The translations under genes were made by a program, and so were the position numbers. The notes under the pieces are model-generated. The model did no database searches. It was not told the origin of the DNA and worked only from the letters and a program-made list of their open reading frames with translations. Below are positions 27,703-40,673 of a DNA stretch of 64,000 nucleotides, in pieces. The stretch is from contig NC_086383.1 in the NCBI RefSeq assembly GCF_036588685.1, positions 62,434,001-62,498,000 of the forward strand. The letters are read 5' to 3'. Every line of letters starts with the position of its first letter. Positions within the stretch are counted from its first letter, which is position 1. This DNA comes from Mytilus trossulus. Its lineage: Eukaryota.

Positions 27703-27937
27703 TTACCGGATTTGTTATCTCATAAGCAATACGACGGGTGCCACATGTAGAGCAGGATCTGCTTACCCTTCCGGAGCACTTGAGATCACCCCTGGTTTTT
27801 GGTAGGGTTCGTGTTGTTTATTTTAAATTTTCTCTGTTGTGTCGTGTGTGCTATTGTTTGTCTGTTTGTCATTTTATTTTTTTTGCCATGGCGTTGTCAG
27901 TTCATTTTCGATTTATGAGTTTAACCGTCCCTCTTGT
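27703..27937 (+). mobile_element. Penelope-like 3' terminal fragment
   Basis: ACGACGGGTGCCACATGT.GAGCAGGATCTGCTTACCCTTCCGGAGCAC; matches the reverse complement of 15945-16140. Confidence 0.7.
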
Positions 27938-30315
27938 ATATATCATGCCGGACAAAATTACCTACTTTCTTACTTACTTAACAAACATTGTCAAGAAATA
28001 TAATTGAATAATATACAGTTTAACAAAATAAATTTCAATTTTAACACAGCGAAATCGAGAGTTTGCATAATAGTTTATAATTATGATATGTGGAATTGTA
28101 TGTGAGGTAATCTACATTAGCAAAAGATATGATCATGTCTTAATTTCAGCCTAAAATTTTGAGCATTTTATCAAGCTATCGATTTGTTATAATCAATGGC
28201 TGCGATATTCTCTGTCGTAAGAATCAAGGGCATTGACGGGTTGCTATATATTCTTCTTTATTATTAAATTACTCTGTGAATTAATCTGCCTATGCAGACA
28301 ACCTGGCAAATCCAATTTATGAATTATTATACTAGTATTGCCTTATTTTTGTATGACTCATATGTAATAAAACATCCACTCAATATTGTGTTCTTGTTCT
28401 ACCAATTAATTGCAGATGTCCATGTACGTGTAAAGCATTTCTTATTGACTCGACTTTATGTTCTTTATTTGTGAACTCAAACTTTAAGATATAACGAAGC
28501 GGTATAATGGCCAATGGCACAATTTTTCATTAGAGGCTAATTGAAGAAAAAGGTCATCATGAGGGTAATGATCAAAATGTATACCGCTTAACAACCAAAT
28601 AATGTCTCCAAAATGACAAATGTTAAACAATTCAAACAAGAATCTTTTTATTAAGTAAAGCCATTTCAATTGATATTTGATAGTGTGTCTTTTTAATGAT
28701 GTGATGTCACACTATTGTTTCAGATAAGGGCGAAGGTTGTTACCAAATAAAACATTTTAAATTGCTGTCTTAGTTTTCACCTGTCCTTAGTCAGGAATTT
28801 AATTTTCATTAGTTGTCGTTTGTTGATGAGGTCAATCAGTGTTTCTCGGTTCTTGTTTTTTTAATATAGATTAGACCGTTGGTTTACCCGTTTGAATGGT
28901 TTTACACATGTAATTATTGGGGGCCTTTTAAGCTTGCTGTTTGAGCCAAGGCTGTATGTTGAAGACCGGTCTCTGACCTATAATGATTGAAAAATTGTGA
29001 CATGAACGAGATAGTGGTCTCATTCGAACTTATACCACATCTGCTGACATCATGACTGGCGACATGCACACGCACCATGTTGCAAGGTTTGGCTTATTTC
29101 CTTGCCTTCACTTTAAGTCGTATGCAGTTACCGAAACAGGTGATAAAGTAGTTGTGTTCAATAACCTTGCAATTAAATAAAAACAGTTCGTTGTAAGAGC
29201 ACGATTAATGGAATTGCTAGTAACGGTTAAGAGAAACAAAAGAGATGGAAAAAACATATATATAATAGACTGTGGGTCCTCTCAATTACCTACTTATGTG
29301 GTTTTTAAATTTCATTGGCTGGCTATGCACAACTCATAATTACAAGTAGCTTACATCAATGACGATCCATGTTATCCTGATTAAATTGATATAAATATAA
29401 TATAACATCTGGGTACAGCAGTCAACATTGTTTTTATAACCTTAGTCTATATAAAAAAGTTACCATTTCATCATCAAAGAAAATTGAAACTGTTATAAAG
29501 ACACTCGTTTAACAAAGGTTGCGCAGACATGAAAGAATACAATAAGATACATAGGACAATATCACAATGGTGGGATGTAAAATACCGAGCCATGTCAAAA
29601 GTATAATTACATGATTAATGTGAGAGAACTTTTATTTGTGGGGTTCTTATATTCGTAGTTTTCGTAGATTGTTATTCAGGAGTTTAATTGTCCAATACAA
29701 TATAACAACTGTTGTGTAAATAAGTTCATAGATGGAAATATACCCACTTAGGTTTGACTACGCGAATACGGGCATTGTTGATTTTATCTAGCAAAAAATA
29801 CAATGAGCTTAATTTCAAATTTCAAAGAGGATTTTATCCATTTAATCCTTTAAGAAACCGGAATTGTTCGACTTTGAACCCCTAAATTATACCAAAAACA
29901 AAGTCTTAATCCATGAGATTAAGATTTGGGGTAATGCTATTCCGGATGATATATTGAAGCAATTTGATTGCCTCATAATTTTCATACAGGAAAAATCATA
30001 TTAATTACCTTTTTAACCTAAAATAAATCTTCAATACAAAGTACATTAGTAGGAAAAGTTTGTAATTTTTTTTTTTGTAATTGACATGATTATGACCCAT
30101 TTAACACCGAGTATGATCCTTTATCTGTTGATTTCAGTTTAATTTAAGTCAGCACGTCTGATGTCAAGTATGCAACATTTAATATGTTGACCGAGACAAT
30201 TCGTAAGCATAGCTTATATCCGAAAGGTATTATTTACTTAAATATTTAATGATTGTTGTCATTAATACAAGACGAGAACGCATCTTATTTTCTAATGTCC
30301 CACACATCAATATAA

Positions 30316-31373
30316 CTAGAACACACCCACGAAATTGCGGGCATTCAGAGCGTAGTTTAAAGTATGTAAAGTGTTGTTGAAAGAATTTTGTAAAATACAG
30401 AATGACTGGAGAATTTCAGCAAAAGTAGCATAAGTCATAGGTTATTGGGGACAGAGAAATTGTTTTTTTTATCCCTCCACCTTTATATCCAAAGTTCCCC
30501 ATTTTTGGTTTTCTATTAATTTCAATATGAACATATATTTAGTATGTTATGAACATTTCAGTAAGGAGCCTGACATTCAGTGGTTGTCGTTTGTTTATGT
30601 GTTACATTTTTGTTTTTCGTTCACTTTTTGTACATAAATAAGGCCGCTTGTTTTCTTGTTTGCATTGTTTTACATTGTTATTTCGGGGCCTTTGGAAGCT
30701 GAGTATGCGGTATGGGCTTTGCTCTTTGTTGAAGGCCGTACGGTGACCTATAAGTTGTTCATTTCTGTGTCATATTGGTCTCTTGTGGAGAGTTGTTTCA
30801 ACATGGCAATCATACCACATCTTCTTTTTTTGTAATCAACGAATTTTGTTAAAGATTTAATGACTGGAAAATTTCAGCCTGAAAAGGTATCAAATATTCA
30901 CATGAATAGTTTTAGCGCTTATCTGTATATTATGAAGATTCATTACTATATAAATAAAGCGTATTTACTGTTAATTCTAAGTTTACTGATCGATCCATGG
31001 TGTTCATTGATAGAGTATACAGACCCTCTCTATTTTATAAACTCTGTGACCGCCTTGGATAGTAAACTTGAAATGATAGAAGATAAAATTCTGAAAATAC
31101 ACTTTACTCGTAGTTTATGTATGTTCAAAGTAAACAAAAAAACGCAAACCGGAAGTATAATCTGACTTACAATTTCGTCCAATGACGGGACAATATCCGG
31201 ATGCCTTTTTTTCTCGTTTTTCTCCTAAAAAAAATCGTTCTGAATAATTATATGATTGGATGTCAAATGCGACTATGCACTGTACCTTTGAGCACAGCGG
31301 CGTGTTGATTAATTTATTGTGGAAAGAAGAGAAGCGACACACAAAATGAGGTCTTCTCGTTTAATAGTATAGA
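30316..31373 (-). mobile_element. Non-autonomous Helitron (with nested SINE-like repeat ~30561-30830)
   Basis: Minus strand starts TCTATACTA and ends CCCGCAATTTCGTGGG(hairpin)TGTGTT-CTAG; no TSD; the paralogous site at 63905/63906 is empty and reads A|T. Confidence 0.85.
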
Positions 31374-32178
31374 AACAGTTAAGTTTTGTTAAGAACATAA
31401 TTTCCGATGCCTTTTATTTTTACGCTCATTTTTTTTCCTTTAAACTACCAAATTCCACGAATATACAGTTTTTAAACAAACTCAAAAATTGATACCCACG
31501 AATAAAAGTACTTACCACTTAGCAAAAATTGAGTAAACAGTAAATATTAAAAGTGCAATAACACAAATAAAGGATAACATGCAATAAGAAAGATAAACAA
31601 TGTAAGTACCTATAATATATATAACAAGACCATAAATCATTTGTGATGTTTATACGGAATATTTATTAATAAGATTTTGATACCTTCTAATGACTTTAAA
31701 CCAAATTTATGTCATGGACTGGATTTGCATTTTAGATTATGAAAGATACGCTGGCAATCATTAATTGATCATTAATATATATTGATACTGATTCGACGAT
31801 GCCACGGCCACAACATCGTTTAATAGAAACGTTTAAACATAACGATATCGAATAGATTTTTTGTCGGTACACAAGTATTCACTAGGGACAAACTGGTTGA
31901 CAACAAGTAGACGAAAGGGTTTTAATATGGTCATTTGCTATACACAATTTTGCTTCAAAAGTAAAAAATACATTCTTTGAAAATATGAATGTTCCCCAAT
32001 TATTTATTTTTTTATAAATGTTGTGGATTACTTCAGAAAAATTGTGATTTCCACTGAAACTGCACTTACATAAACTATTATAATTAATAGACCTAGCTTT
32101 CTTATTTAGGCATTCTATCTACATTGCTCATTATTTATATATAAATGTATATTGTATTTGTTTTGTTTCTGTTTCTCG

Positions 32179-32445
32179 TTTGAAGCTCACCTTGACTTTT
32201 TCATCACTGATGTGTATCGTCGACTATCACATGTTTTCGTCCATCTTCCATCGTCATCGTCTGTCGTTATCTGTTTTCGTCCATCTTCCATCGTCATCGT
32301 CTGTCGTTATCTGTTTTCGTCCATCGTCCATCGTCATCGTCTGTCGTTATCTGTTGAAGTCCGTGAACGATCGTCTTCCGTCTCTGTCCGTCTATTACAA
32401 AAAAATATTCTCTTCTAAAACGACTAGGACAATTTTGAACTATTT
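32179..32445 (+). mobile_element. Truncated HINE-like element with 40-bp x3 CGTC-rich tandem core
   Basis: TTTGAAGCTCACCT start, (TGTTTTCGTCCATCTTCCATCGTCATCGTCTGTCGTTATC)x~3, then TTCTCTTCTAAAACGACT. Confidence 0.5.
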
Positions 32446-32769
32446 CAAGCATTTTAACGAAGAGACAAAATATGATAGGACCGATTAGTTAATACATAAT
32501 GTTGAGCACTACAAATTAATTACTTTATGTTACTACATATTAGTTACATTTGTTAAAGGTCAAGTTTAAAGTTTTTTTTTATTTCGGCCTATTATCTTGA
32601 TAATTATAATACAATATATTATATGTGTGTTTTGTTGAAGAATTTGCAATGATTTTGTTATCATTTTAGTTTCATAATGAAACATATATCGTACTGTCAT
32701 TTGAAAAGAATGCAATAAATATACAAGGTGCATTTATTTGTTAAACCGAATCTCATTACATAAACTACT

Positions 32770-34253
32770 TGATTAACAACTTAGGTATTGACAACTTAGA
32801 ATGAAACTCAACATGTACCCTTATGACACTTACCAAAGAGGAAATCCTAGATAACCATATTCCTTTGGAATTTCAACCAAAAATGAATAACTAGATCTTA
32901 AAACACTTTATTGGGTACGTAAACTGTATAAGAGTCCTTACAAACAACGGTATATTGCTCAGTCTTTCAAGAAAAGCATTTCTAAATCATTGCCATCTAT
33001 TTTATCAGCAGTCAAAGCCGTGCTTCAAAATTATTGGGAAACTGCACATTAAGAGGTGACTTGAATAAGATGTGGATACTAAAAACAATTATAAGTTTTT
33101 TTTAAGAATACATACAATATAAGACTCTTTCATTTTGCAGTAGTATTAACCATTTGACTTTTCCACACGTTACACAAGTATTTCTCATTCCAAACTACAA
33201 GACAAATTGAAAGAGTAAGTATTGGTTTCTTTCATAAAAAAGAATGATCAACGTAGAAACGAATATCTTGTCTAAGAAAGGGGTAAATCATACTTTGCAA
33301 AAAATCACTCTGATTTTCAAAAAAAATTCTCTGAATCTTAAATTATCAAGACGCTTGAGTTCTTGATCGACAATATATGTGTCACTCTACGTTTGGTGAC
33401 CAATTTTTCAACAGACTGTCGCCATTCCAATGGGAAACAATTATGTTTCTCTTTTTGTCGACTAATTATTTTACTATCACGAAGCTGACTTCCTTCTGGA
33501 ACCTCTCCTGAAGAAAGATTAATAGTTTACAATATCCTTTACATTTATATTCCGCTATATAGATGATGTTCTCTCAATAGGTCATTTATATTTCATGACT
33601 GTGTTAAACGCATCTATTCCATGGACCTAGAGATAAAAAAAATACCACAGATATAGCGAATCTGCCTTACATCTTGGCTGAAGTTTAGAAGTTGACAATA
33701 AGGGTCGGTTGAAAACAAAATCTTAAGTCAAAAGAGATGGTTTAGCTTCCCAATTCTATATCTATGTAGCAACATTCCAGCAGCAGCTGCATGCGGTGTA
33801 TTCGCTTTTTCGCTTGAATTGTTTTACATTGTCTTATCGGGGCCTTTTATAGCTGACTATATGCGTTATGGGCTTTGCTCATTGTATAAGCCCGTACGGT
33901 GACCTATAATTGTTAATGTTTGTGTCATTTTGGTCTTTCATACCACATCTTCTTTTTTTATATTTATATGATCTCCTTATTGGTATACCTGGGCTTGTAT
34001 TTCCTAACATGATTTCATTGAAGGAAGCTTTTGAACCAAGAGTTTCAAATGGTGCATTTGAAATCATCCCTTCGTAAATTTTATCGACACCATTACAAGT
34101 TGGTTGAACGCTATGGAATATCCGTTTTAAAGGTGATATCGGTTATGTTCCTCATGTCGTCACTACAATCCCCTTCCAATATCACTAATATGACCTACCG
34201 AATTAGGCTATTAACGGGGTTCGTGATAACATGAGAAACAAGACGGGTGACAT
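32770..34253 (+). mobile_element. Penelope-like retroelement, decayed RT, with nested SINE-like fragment (~33801-33965)
   Basis: TTTGACTTTTCCACACGTTACACAAG (FDFSTxYT), ATTCCAATGGGA (IPMG), TTCCGCTATATAGATGATGTT (FRYIDDV), LKSSLRKFY. Confidence 0.8.
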
Positions 34254-34852
34254 GCAACCAAACCCCTCTGCCTTTCTAAAAAGTAATTAATGAACATATC
34301 ATTAAGTGAATTTACCAATAATTAAAATGCAAAACCAGTCCATGACGAAAATGTTGTTTCAAAGTCATTAGAAGATATTAAAATGCAAAACCAGTCCATG
34401 ACGAAAGTTTCAAAGTCAATAGAAGATATTAAAATTTTATTGATAAATATTATGAATTTCACAAATTATTTAGTATGGTCTTGCTCTATTTATCATAGGC
34501 TCTAACACTATTTATCTATATTTTATTTTCTACGATTGCATTTCTTACATTTACCATGTTTACTGTAAACTCCATGTTTGCTGCGAGGAAAGTACTTTTA
34601 TTTGTGGCTACCAATTTTGGATCTTGATCAAAAATTGTATGTTCATTGGTTCTTAAATTCGTGAAATTAAGAAGCTTAGAGAAAAAGAAAAAAAATCGTA
34701 GAAATTGAAGGCATCGACATAATTTTCATTTAAATACTTAAACTGTGTTATATTAATTTGTGGGACAAAACAAGTTGACGAGTGACATTAATTAAAGCAT
34801 TACATTTTATTTTCAATGCACCAAACTAGCATACGGGAATATCATATACCAA

Positions 34853-34933
34853 TGGTCTCTGATGAATCGTTCTTAGACGAAACGCGCGCCTGGCGTAAAT
34901 AGAAAATTTAATCCTAGTTTCTATGACGAGTTT
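34853..34933 (+). mobile_element. Degenerate HHR/retrozyme fragment
   Basis: CTGATGA at 34859 ... AGACGAAACGCGCGCCTGGCGTAA; GTC changed to GCC. Confidence 0.65.
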
Positions 34934-35668
34934 TTTTACTATTTCAATGTTAAAAAAATATCAAATGTGGCCAGTTTGGTTACATGTTGATTACGTGGCT
35001 TTTGCATTGTCGACATTGAAGGTTCCGGTAGCTCAGGAATGGTCATATTAGGACACCCTAAACTAATACTAACAATAATATAATTATGCAATAGAGAACG
35101 TATTGGTCTTGCCACACTCTTGGATAAACACTTACAGGTACATGGTATAAGATAAACTTGCACTTTTCTACAGACCCCGATTTAAAAATGCTAACTCAGA
35201 TTATCACATATTTTGTACTGATATGTACGTTTTTGCATGGCCAATAATAGCCGGAAGTCAAGGTTGGTTATCAGCCCTCGGGGCCGATATCGATATCAGC
35301 CCTCGAAATCCATAGCAAGCCCCCGAGTTTAATTTCCGGTAAACTGTCAATCAAAGACTATTTGTAAACAAGTTGAACACAATGAACATGATGAAAAGAA
35401 ATTTAGAAAGTTACGAATCTCCTGTAGAAGAAAAAAGTAGGGAAGTCCTTTAATATTTGCAATTCTTAGAATTAATATATTTATTGTTAATTATTTCTGA
35501 AACTTTTCACAAAACGTTGTTTACCTACTGTGATACGAACTTTTTTTTAACTCACAGTGATACATTTTTTATTTTATTTTCGTTAAATATCTTTTTGATT
35601 TTTGATGAAATATCAAAAATAATTTGGTGTAAGCTATTTGTTTTCTCTTGCTTAAAAATATGTGATAA

Positions 35669-35813
35669 ATAGATTATTGCATGTCATTTTTCATATGGTC
35701 CCTGGTATCAGCCCACGACCCATATCAAGCCCTCGGACTAAAGCCCTCTGGCTTGATATGGGAGTCTAGGGCTGATACCAGGGCCATATGAAAAATGCCA
35801 TGTAATAATCTAT
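35669..35813. repeat. Long imperfect palindrome (~145 bp)
   Basis: ATAGATTATTGCATGTCATTTTTCATATGGTCCCTGGTATCAGCCC..CCCATATCAAGCC versus GGCTTGATATGGG..GGGCTGATACCAGGGCCATATGAAAAATGCCATGTAATAATCTAT. Confidence 0.85.
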
Positions 35814-35874
35814 AAATACTAAATATCATGCCATGAATGCCAGGTTGTTGGTAAGGCTTGTCAGAAAATGTAAC

Positions 35875-37130
35875 TGTGCACTGTTATTATTCGAGATACA
35901 TTATTGTTAACCCCTTTCACTACAGTCAATGACCGTAAGGGGCACGGTAATTGTTCGAGATACATGATTGTTTACCCCTTTCATTGCAGACAATGACCGT
36001 AAGGGGCACGGTAATTGTTCGAGATACATTATTGTTAACCTCTTTCACTACAGACAATGACCGTAAGCTTAGGGGCACGGTAATTGTTCGAGATACATTA
36101 TTGTTAACCCCTTTCACTACAGACAATGACCGTAAGGGGCACGGTAATTGTTCGAGATACATTATTGTTAACCCCTTTCACTACAGACAATGACCGTAAG
36201 GGGCACGGTAATTGTTCGAGATACATTATTGTTAACCCCTTTCACTACAGACAATGACCGTAAGGGGCACGGTAATTGTTCGAGATACATTGTTGTTAAC
36301 CCCTTTCATTGCAGACAATGACCGTTAGGGACACGGTAATTATTCGAGATACATTATTGTTAAACCCTTTCACTACATACAATGACCGTAAGGCATATAA
36401 GGGGCACGGTTATTATTCGAGTCACATTATTGTAAATTCCTTTCACTACAGACAATGACCGTAAGGGGCACGGTAATTATTCGAGTCACATTATTGTAAA
36501 TTCCTTTCACTACAGACAATGACCGTAAGGGGCATGGTAACTATTCAAGTAGCATTATTGTTAGCCCCTTTCACTACAGACAACGACCGTAAGGGGCACG
36601 GTAATTATTCAAGTTACATTATTGTTAACCCCTTTCACTACAGACAATGACCGTAAGGGGCACGTTAATTATTTGAGATACATTATTGTTAACCCTTTCA
36701 CTACAGACAATGACCGTAAGGTGCACGGTAATTATTTGAGATACATTATTGTAAACCCCTTTCACTACAGACAATGACCGTAAGGGGCAAGGTAATTATT
36801 CAAAATACATTATTGTTAACCGTGTCACTACATATAATGACCGTAAGGGACACGGTAATTATTTGAGTTACATTATTGTAAAACTCTTTCACTACAGACA
36901 ATGACCGTTAGGGGCACAGTAATTATTTGAATTACATTATTGAAAACCCGATTCACTACGGGCAATGACCATACGATGGCGCGGTAATTATTCGAGTTAC
37001 ATAATTGTTAACCCAATTCATTACGGACAATGACCGTAAGGGGCACGGTAATAATTCGAGATACATTATTGTTAACCCGAATCACAACAAACAATGGAAG
37101 TTATAGGGACTGTAAATATTCGATTGATAT
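35875..37130. repeat. 64-bp minisatellite, ~19 copies
   Basis: Unit GACAATGACCGTAAGGGGCACGGTAATTGTTCGAGATACATTATTGTTAACCCCTTTCACTACA. Confidence 0.95.
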
Positions 37131-37285
37131 TATTGGTAAAACATTGTATTTTTTAAGCGTCTGCCAGACGTAATTATTCCTGAAAATATTCGAATAATTA
37201 TCTTTTTAGAATTGATTATCATGATTTTGAATGAAATCTTTGTAATCAATCTCATCTTGTTCATCTCGCCTTTCCTGCCATATTT

Positions 37286-37712
37286 GAAAAATTGAAAACA
37301 ACACGTTAAATAATTTTAATGCATCGAAAGCGCTTTTGTGGTTTACCTTTATCAGGAACGCTAAAAGCCAAACATTTGAAATTCGAGGATGCAGAAGTAC
37401 CGAAACCGTTGATGAGCTTTATCACAAAAACAACTAAAATTGATAGCCAAATTCATCTAAAGTCAACTTTGCCCTAGGGAGTTGAAACCTTAGTTTCTTG
37501 ATATTTTAGAATTTATATACGGACAATTTTAGTAAAGTTTGTTAAATCATGCCAGTACCGAAGTACTGACTACTGAGCTGACGATACTCTCGGGGACTGA
37601 TAGTCCACCAGCAGAGGTATTGACCCAGTAATGTAAAAAATTGAAAACAACACGTTTAATAAATTATATACGTCCGAAGCGCTTTTCTGGATTTATCTGC
37701 ATCAATAACGCT
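37286..37712 (-). mobile_element. Retrozyme-like element, family 2 (~349-nt monomer bracketed by two decayed HHRs)
   Basis: TTGAAAACAACACGTT repeats at 37292 and 37641; reverse-complement consensus GCGTTC-CTGATGA-AGGTAAATCCA-GAAA-AGCGCT-TC-GGACGC; 37551-37630 is the reverse complement of the family 1 core at 52501-52578. Confidence 0.72.
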
Positions 37713-38227
37713 GTGTGTATTGGTAATAATGTTAGGCGCAATTCTCATTTATAGTCCTGTCATTTAGTCACATTTTTTTAACAGTATTCAGTTTAACTAT
37801 CGAAATGAAACTTTGTTCGATCATTAAACATCAGTTTACGATATAAAATGATCTTTTTGCTTTTGTTTTTTTCTACCTCGGGAATTGTGTAATTTTTAAT
37901 GTTATCAACATACAATTACTGAAAGGAGTGCAATTATAAAAAAAAAAGTGTTTTGATAACTTGAACATATAAAGTACTATCAAGAGACCGGTCTTTTAAA
38001 TTAGTTGAAATCTAAATGGATATTTATACCCTAAATGAGAGATCTAAAATATTGTTCGTGGATAATTGTTTCAGCTTTTGCATGAATAAAACATTATTTA
38101 ATTTAATTTACAGACGACAATGATCGATTGAAACATAACCGCATATGATATCAATTACACAATACCAAGGGCTCCAACAGTTAACAATGAAAATATTTTC
38201 AAAAAAAAAAAAACTTCAATTAATTAA

Positions 38228-38327
38228 AAGGTGAAACAGACAAATCAACATATAATAGGTCAACGTATAACGTCAGCGCATAGTAACCACATAATTATTC
38301 GAAGTACAAACTATTGAAGTCAATCAT
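38228..38327 (+). promoter_or_regulatory. Putative proximal promoter of gene B
   Basis: Homologous to 11349-11445; ACGTCA at 38270 is retained and the TATA-like box reads TATTCGAA. Confidence 0.35.
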
Positions 38328-38354
38328 AGAAGAGAACTTTGTGAACTGATACGA

Positions 38355-38664
38355 ATGGATATATCTATCATATTTCTATGTATGCATACGATGTTCGTTG
38401 CTGTCCATAGTGAATCAAGAATTAGATTGATCTCAGCGCACAATAAACCTGAATATGACAACAAGTATGAAGAAGAGAACGCCATTGACACCTATCATGC
38501 TAGATCTGTTGGGCTTTGCGGTATGCAATGTATATCGAATGCGCGGTGTTTATCATTCTTCTACAACAATCTTACAGGAATGTGTGTTGTACACTCAGAC
38601 CCGTTTACCTATACTGTGATGTCATCTTCAGCGAAAGGTTGGACATTTTACCTTTCACAGGAAC
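38355..38664 (+). CDS. Gene B exon 1: signal peptide + PAN/apple-like domain
   Basis: 71/78 aa identical to gene A in the mature part (hand count); donor C|GTAAGT at 38665. Confidence 0.88.
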
Positions 38665-39295
38665 GTAAGTCTACATAAAATATTTATAAACTATAGCAAA
38701 TTCCTATCCTGTCTGGTTAACAAAAAATTTGAACGTCAACTTTATATTTCTTGATTTGTTTTACTTGGGCGTGGTTTAACCGGATTGCTAATTAAAGACC
38801 AGTCCATCTACATTGTATAGACAGATGTTTTGGGATAAACTCATCAATGAAGTGTCCAGTTATTCGTCTCATATCATACACTCAGTCATTTTGTTTATCC
38901 GTTCGGTGACACGGGTAGGTTATTAGAAATCACTAATTATGATAACGGTAATCGCACACATACTCAAATAGACTGTCTTTCGGCAAATTAAAACGCATGC
39001 TCCGGCCAATCAGATGACAACACATTCATCTTGCAAAACCGCGTTTTTTTTAGTATGGCCTAGCCCCGTTGGAAATACTGTGAAAACCCCGGTTTTACTG
39101 AGTTTAAGTGTGTAATACTGGGTGTTACTGCGTAATAAAAAAATACTTTTGAATTTTATAAAGATTTCAGTGATCAAACACAAATGTAATACATTAAAGA
39201 TATTTAGTATCTATTGTGTTTGTCTTGATTGGTAAAACTGGAAATATAAAGCAAAAAAAGTGTTTTTCAAATAAATATAACGCCTGTTAATTAAT

Positions 39296-39623
39296 ACCGG
39301 ATATGTTCCTTCCGTTGTAACTACAATCCCCTTCCCTTTCATGAATGTGACCTACCTACCGAATTATACTATTTACCTTATTTGATATCACATAAGCAAC
39401 ACGACGGGTGCCACATGTGGAGCAGGATCTGCTTACCCTTCCGGAGCACCTGCGATCACCCCTAGTGTTTTGTGGGGTTCGTGTTGTTTATTCTTTGGTT
39501 ATCTATGTTGTGTTGTGTGTACTATTGTTTGTCTGTTTGTCTTTTTTTATTTTTAGCCATGGCGTTGTCAGTTTGTTTTAGATTTGTGAGTTTGACTGTC
39601 CCTTTTGGTATCTTTCGTTCCTC
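39296..39623 (+). mobile_element. Penelope-like 3' terminal fragment in gene B intron 1
   Basis: Same tail family as 27703-27937 and 15945-16205. Confidence 0.72.
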
Positions 39624-40673
39624 AATTAATTAGGAATTTACAGATGTAAGAAAAATAACATTTTAATGATGTATAAGTACTGTCACTAATTAAAAAGTAA
39701 TTATTCAGATTATAATATAGATTTGTTTATGTAACAATAATCTGCCCATTATAGTTTATAAGTATTAATGGCATGACCCCTTAAGTGTTTTTTTTATCAA
39801 TATGAATGGTTAATACCTAAAATTAACAACTCACTTAAACACTGCAATAAATGCATCCTTTTCAAAGTTTGGATTTTTGAAACAATGCTTGGTAAATAAC
39901 AAGGTGTCATTAAGTGTTAAAATCTTAGTATTCTGTCTACATAAAAAGAGATTGAAATTAAATTTTACATTCTTCTAGAAATGACTGTCAATAGATATCT
40001 GTATAGAAAGTATATATTTAGATGTTATACTATTAAACTACAATAATTCTTTATTATTTTATGTTAAAATGAGCTAAAACATTGATATTGCCCAGTAATA
40101 CCGAGTATTACATATTTCTGGGAGTATTATCAACACGACTGGAAATTCCAAAACGAATAATACTTTGCGAACCCAGATCACATTGGTAAACTAATCATGT
40201 GTACAACCACTCTGTCAATGCCACTACTGCATAATGGGGTTTTCACTACTAATGGGCTTTCCGCTACTGATGGGGCTCCTTCCTATGAGTACCATTCGCC
40301 AAATAGTCTTCATTTATGTATTGGCAGACATTGTCTTTGTTAAAAACATCTTAGCATAATGTCTGTTTGTCTTTTTCCTTTTAAGCCATGGCGTTTTCAG
40401 GTTATTGTCGATTTCTGAGTTTGACTGTCCCTCTGGTATCTTTCGTCCCTAATTTAAAATAAACTGTTGACAATCATGTTTTGTTAATTTCTTTCAAGAT
40501 ATGAAGTTTTTTTTTCTAATGTAAGCCTTGAACGCTTTTCAATTTTTTTGTTTTTTTTGCCTTTTGAACATTTTTGATTCCAGTGGTGCATTCCAGTGTA
40601 CACTCAGGAGTCTTTTGTAGGCTAAAAGAAAATCGGATGTAAAAATATATTCCTGGTATCTATGATTAGTTAA

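Noticed and set aside
35875-37130. Regular repeat arrays (also 44630-53315 and 61655-63511) as CRISPR arrays
   Set aside because: Head-to-tail monomers without unique spacers, no cas genes, eukaryotic context
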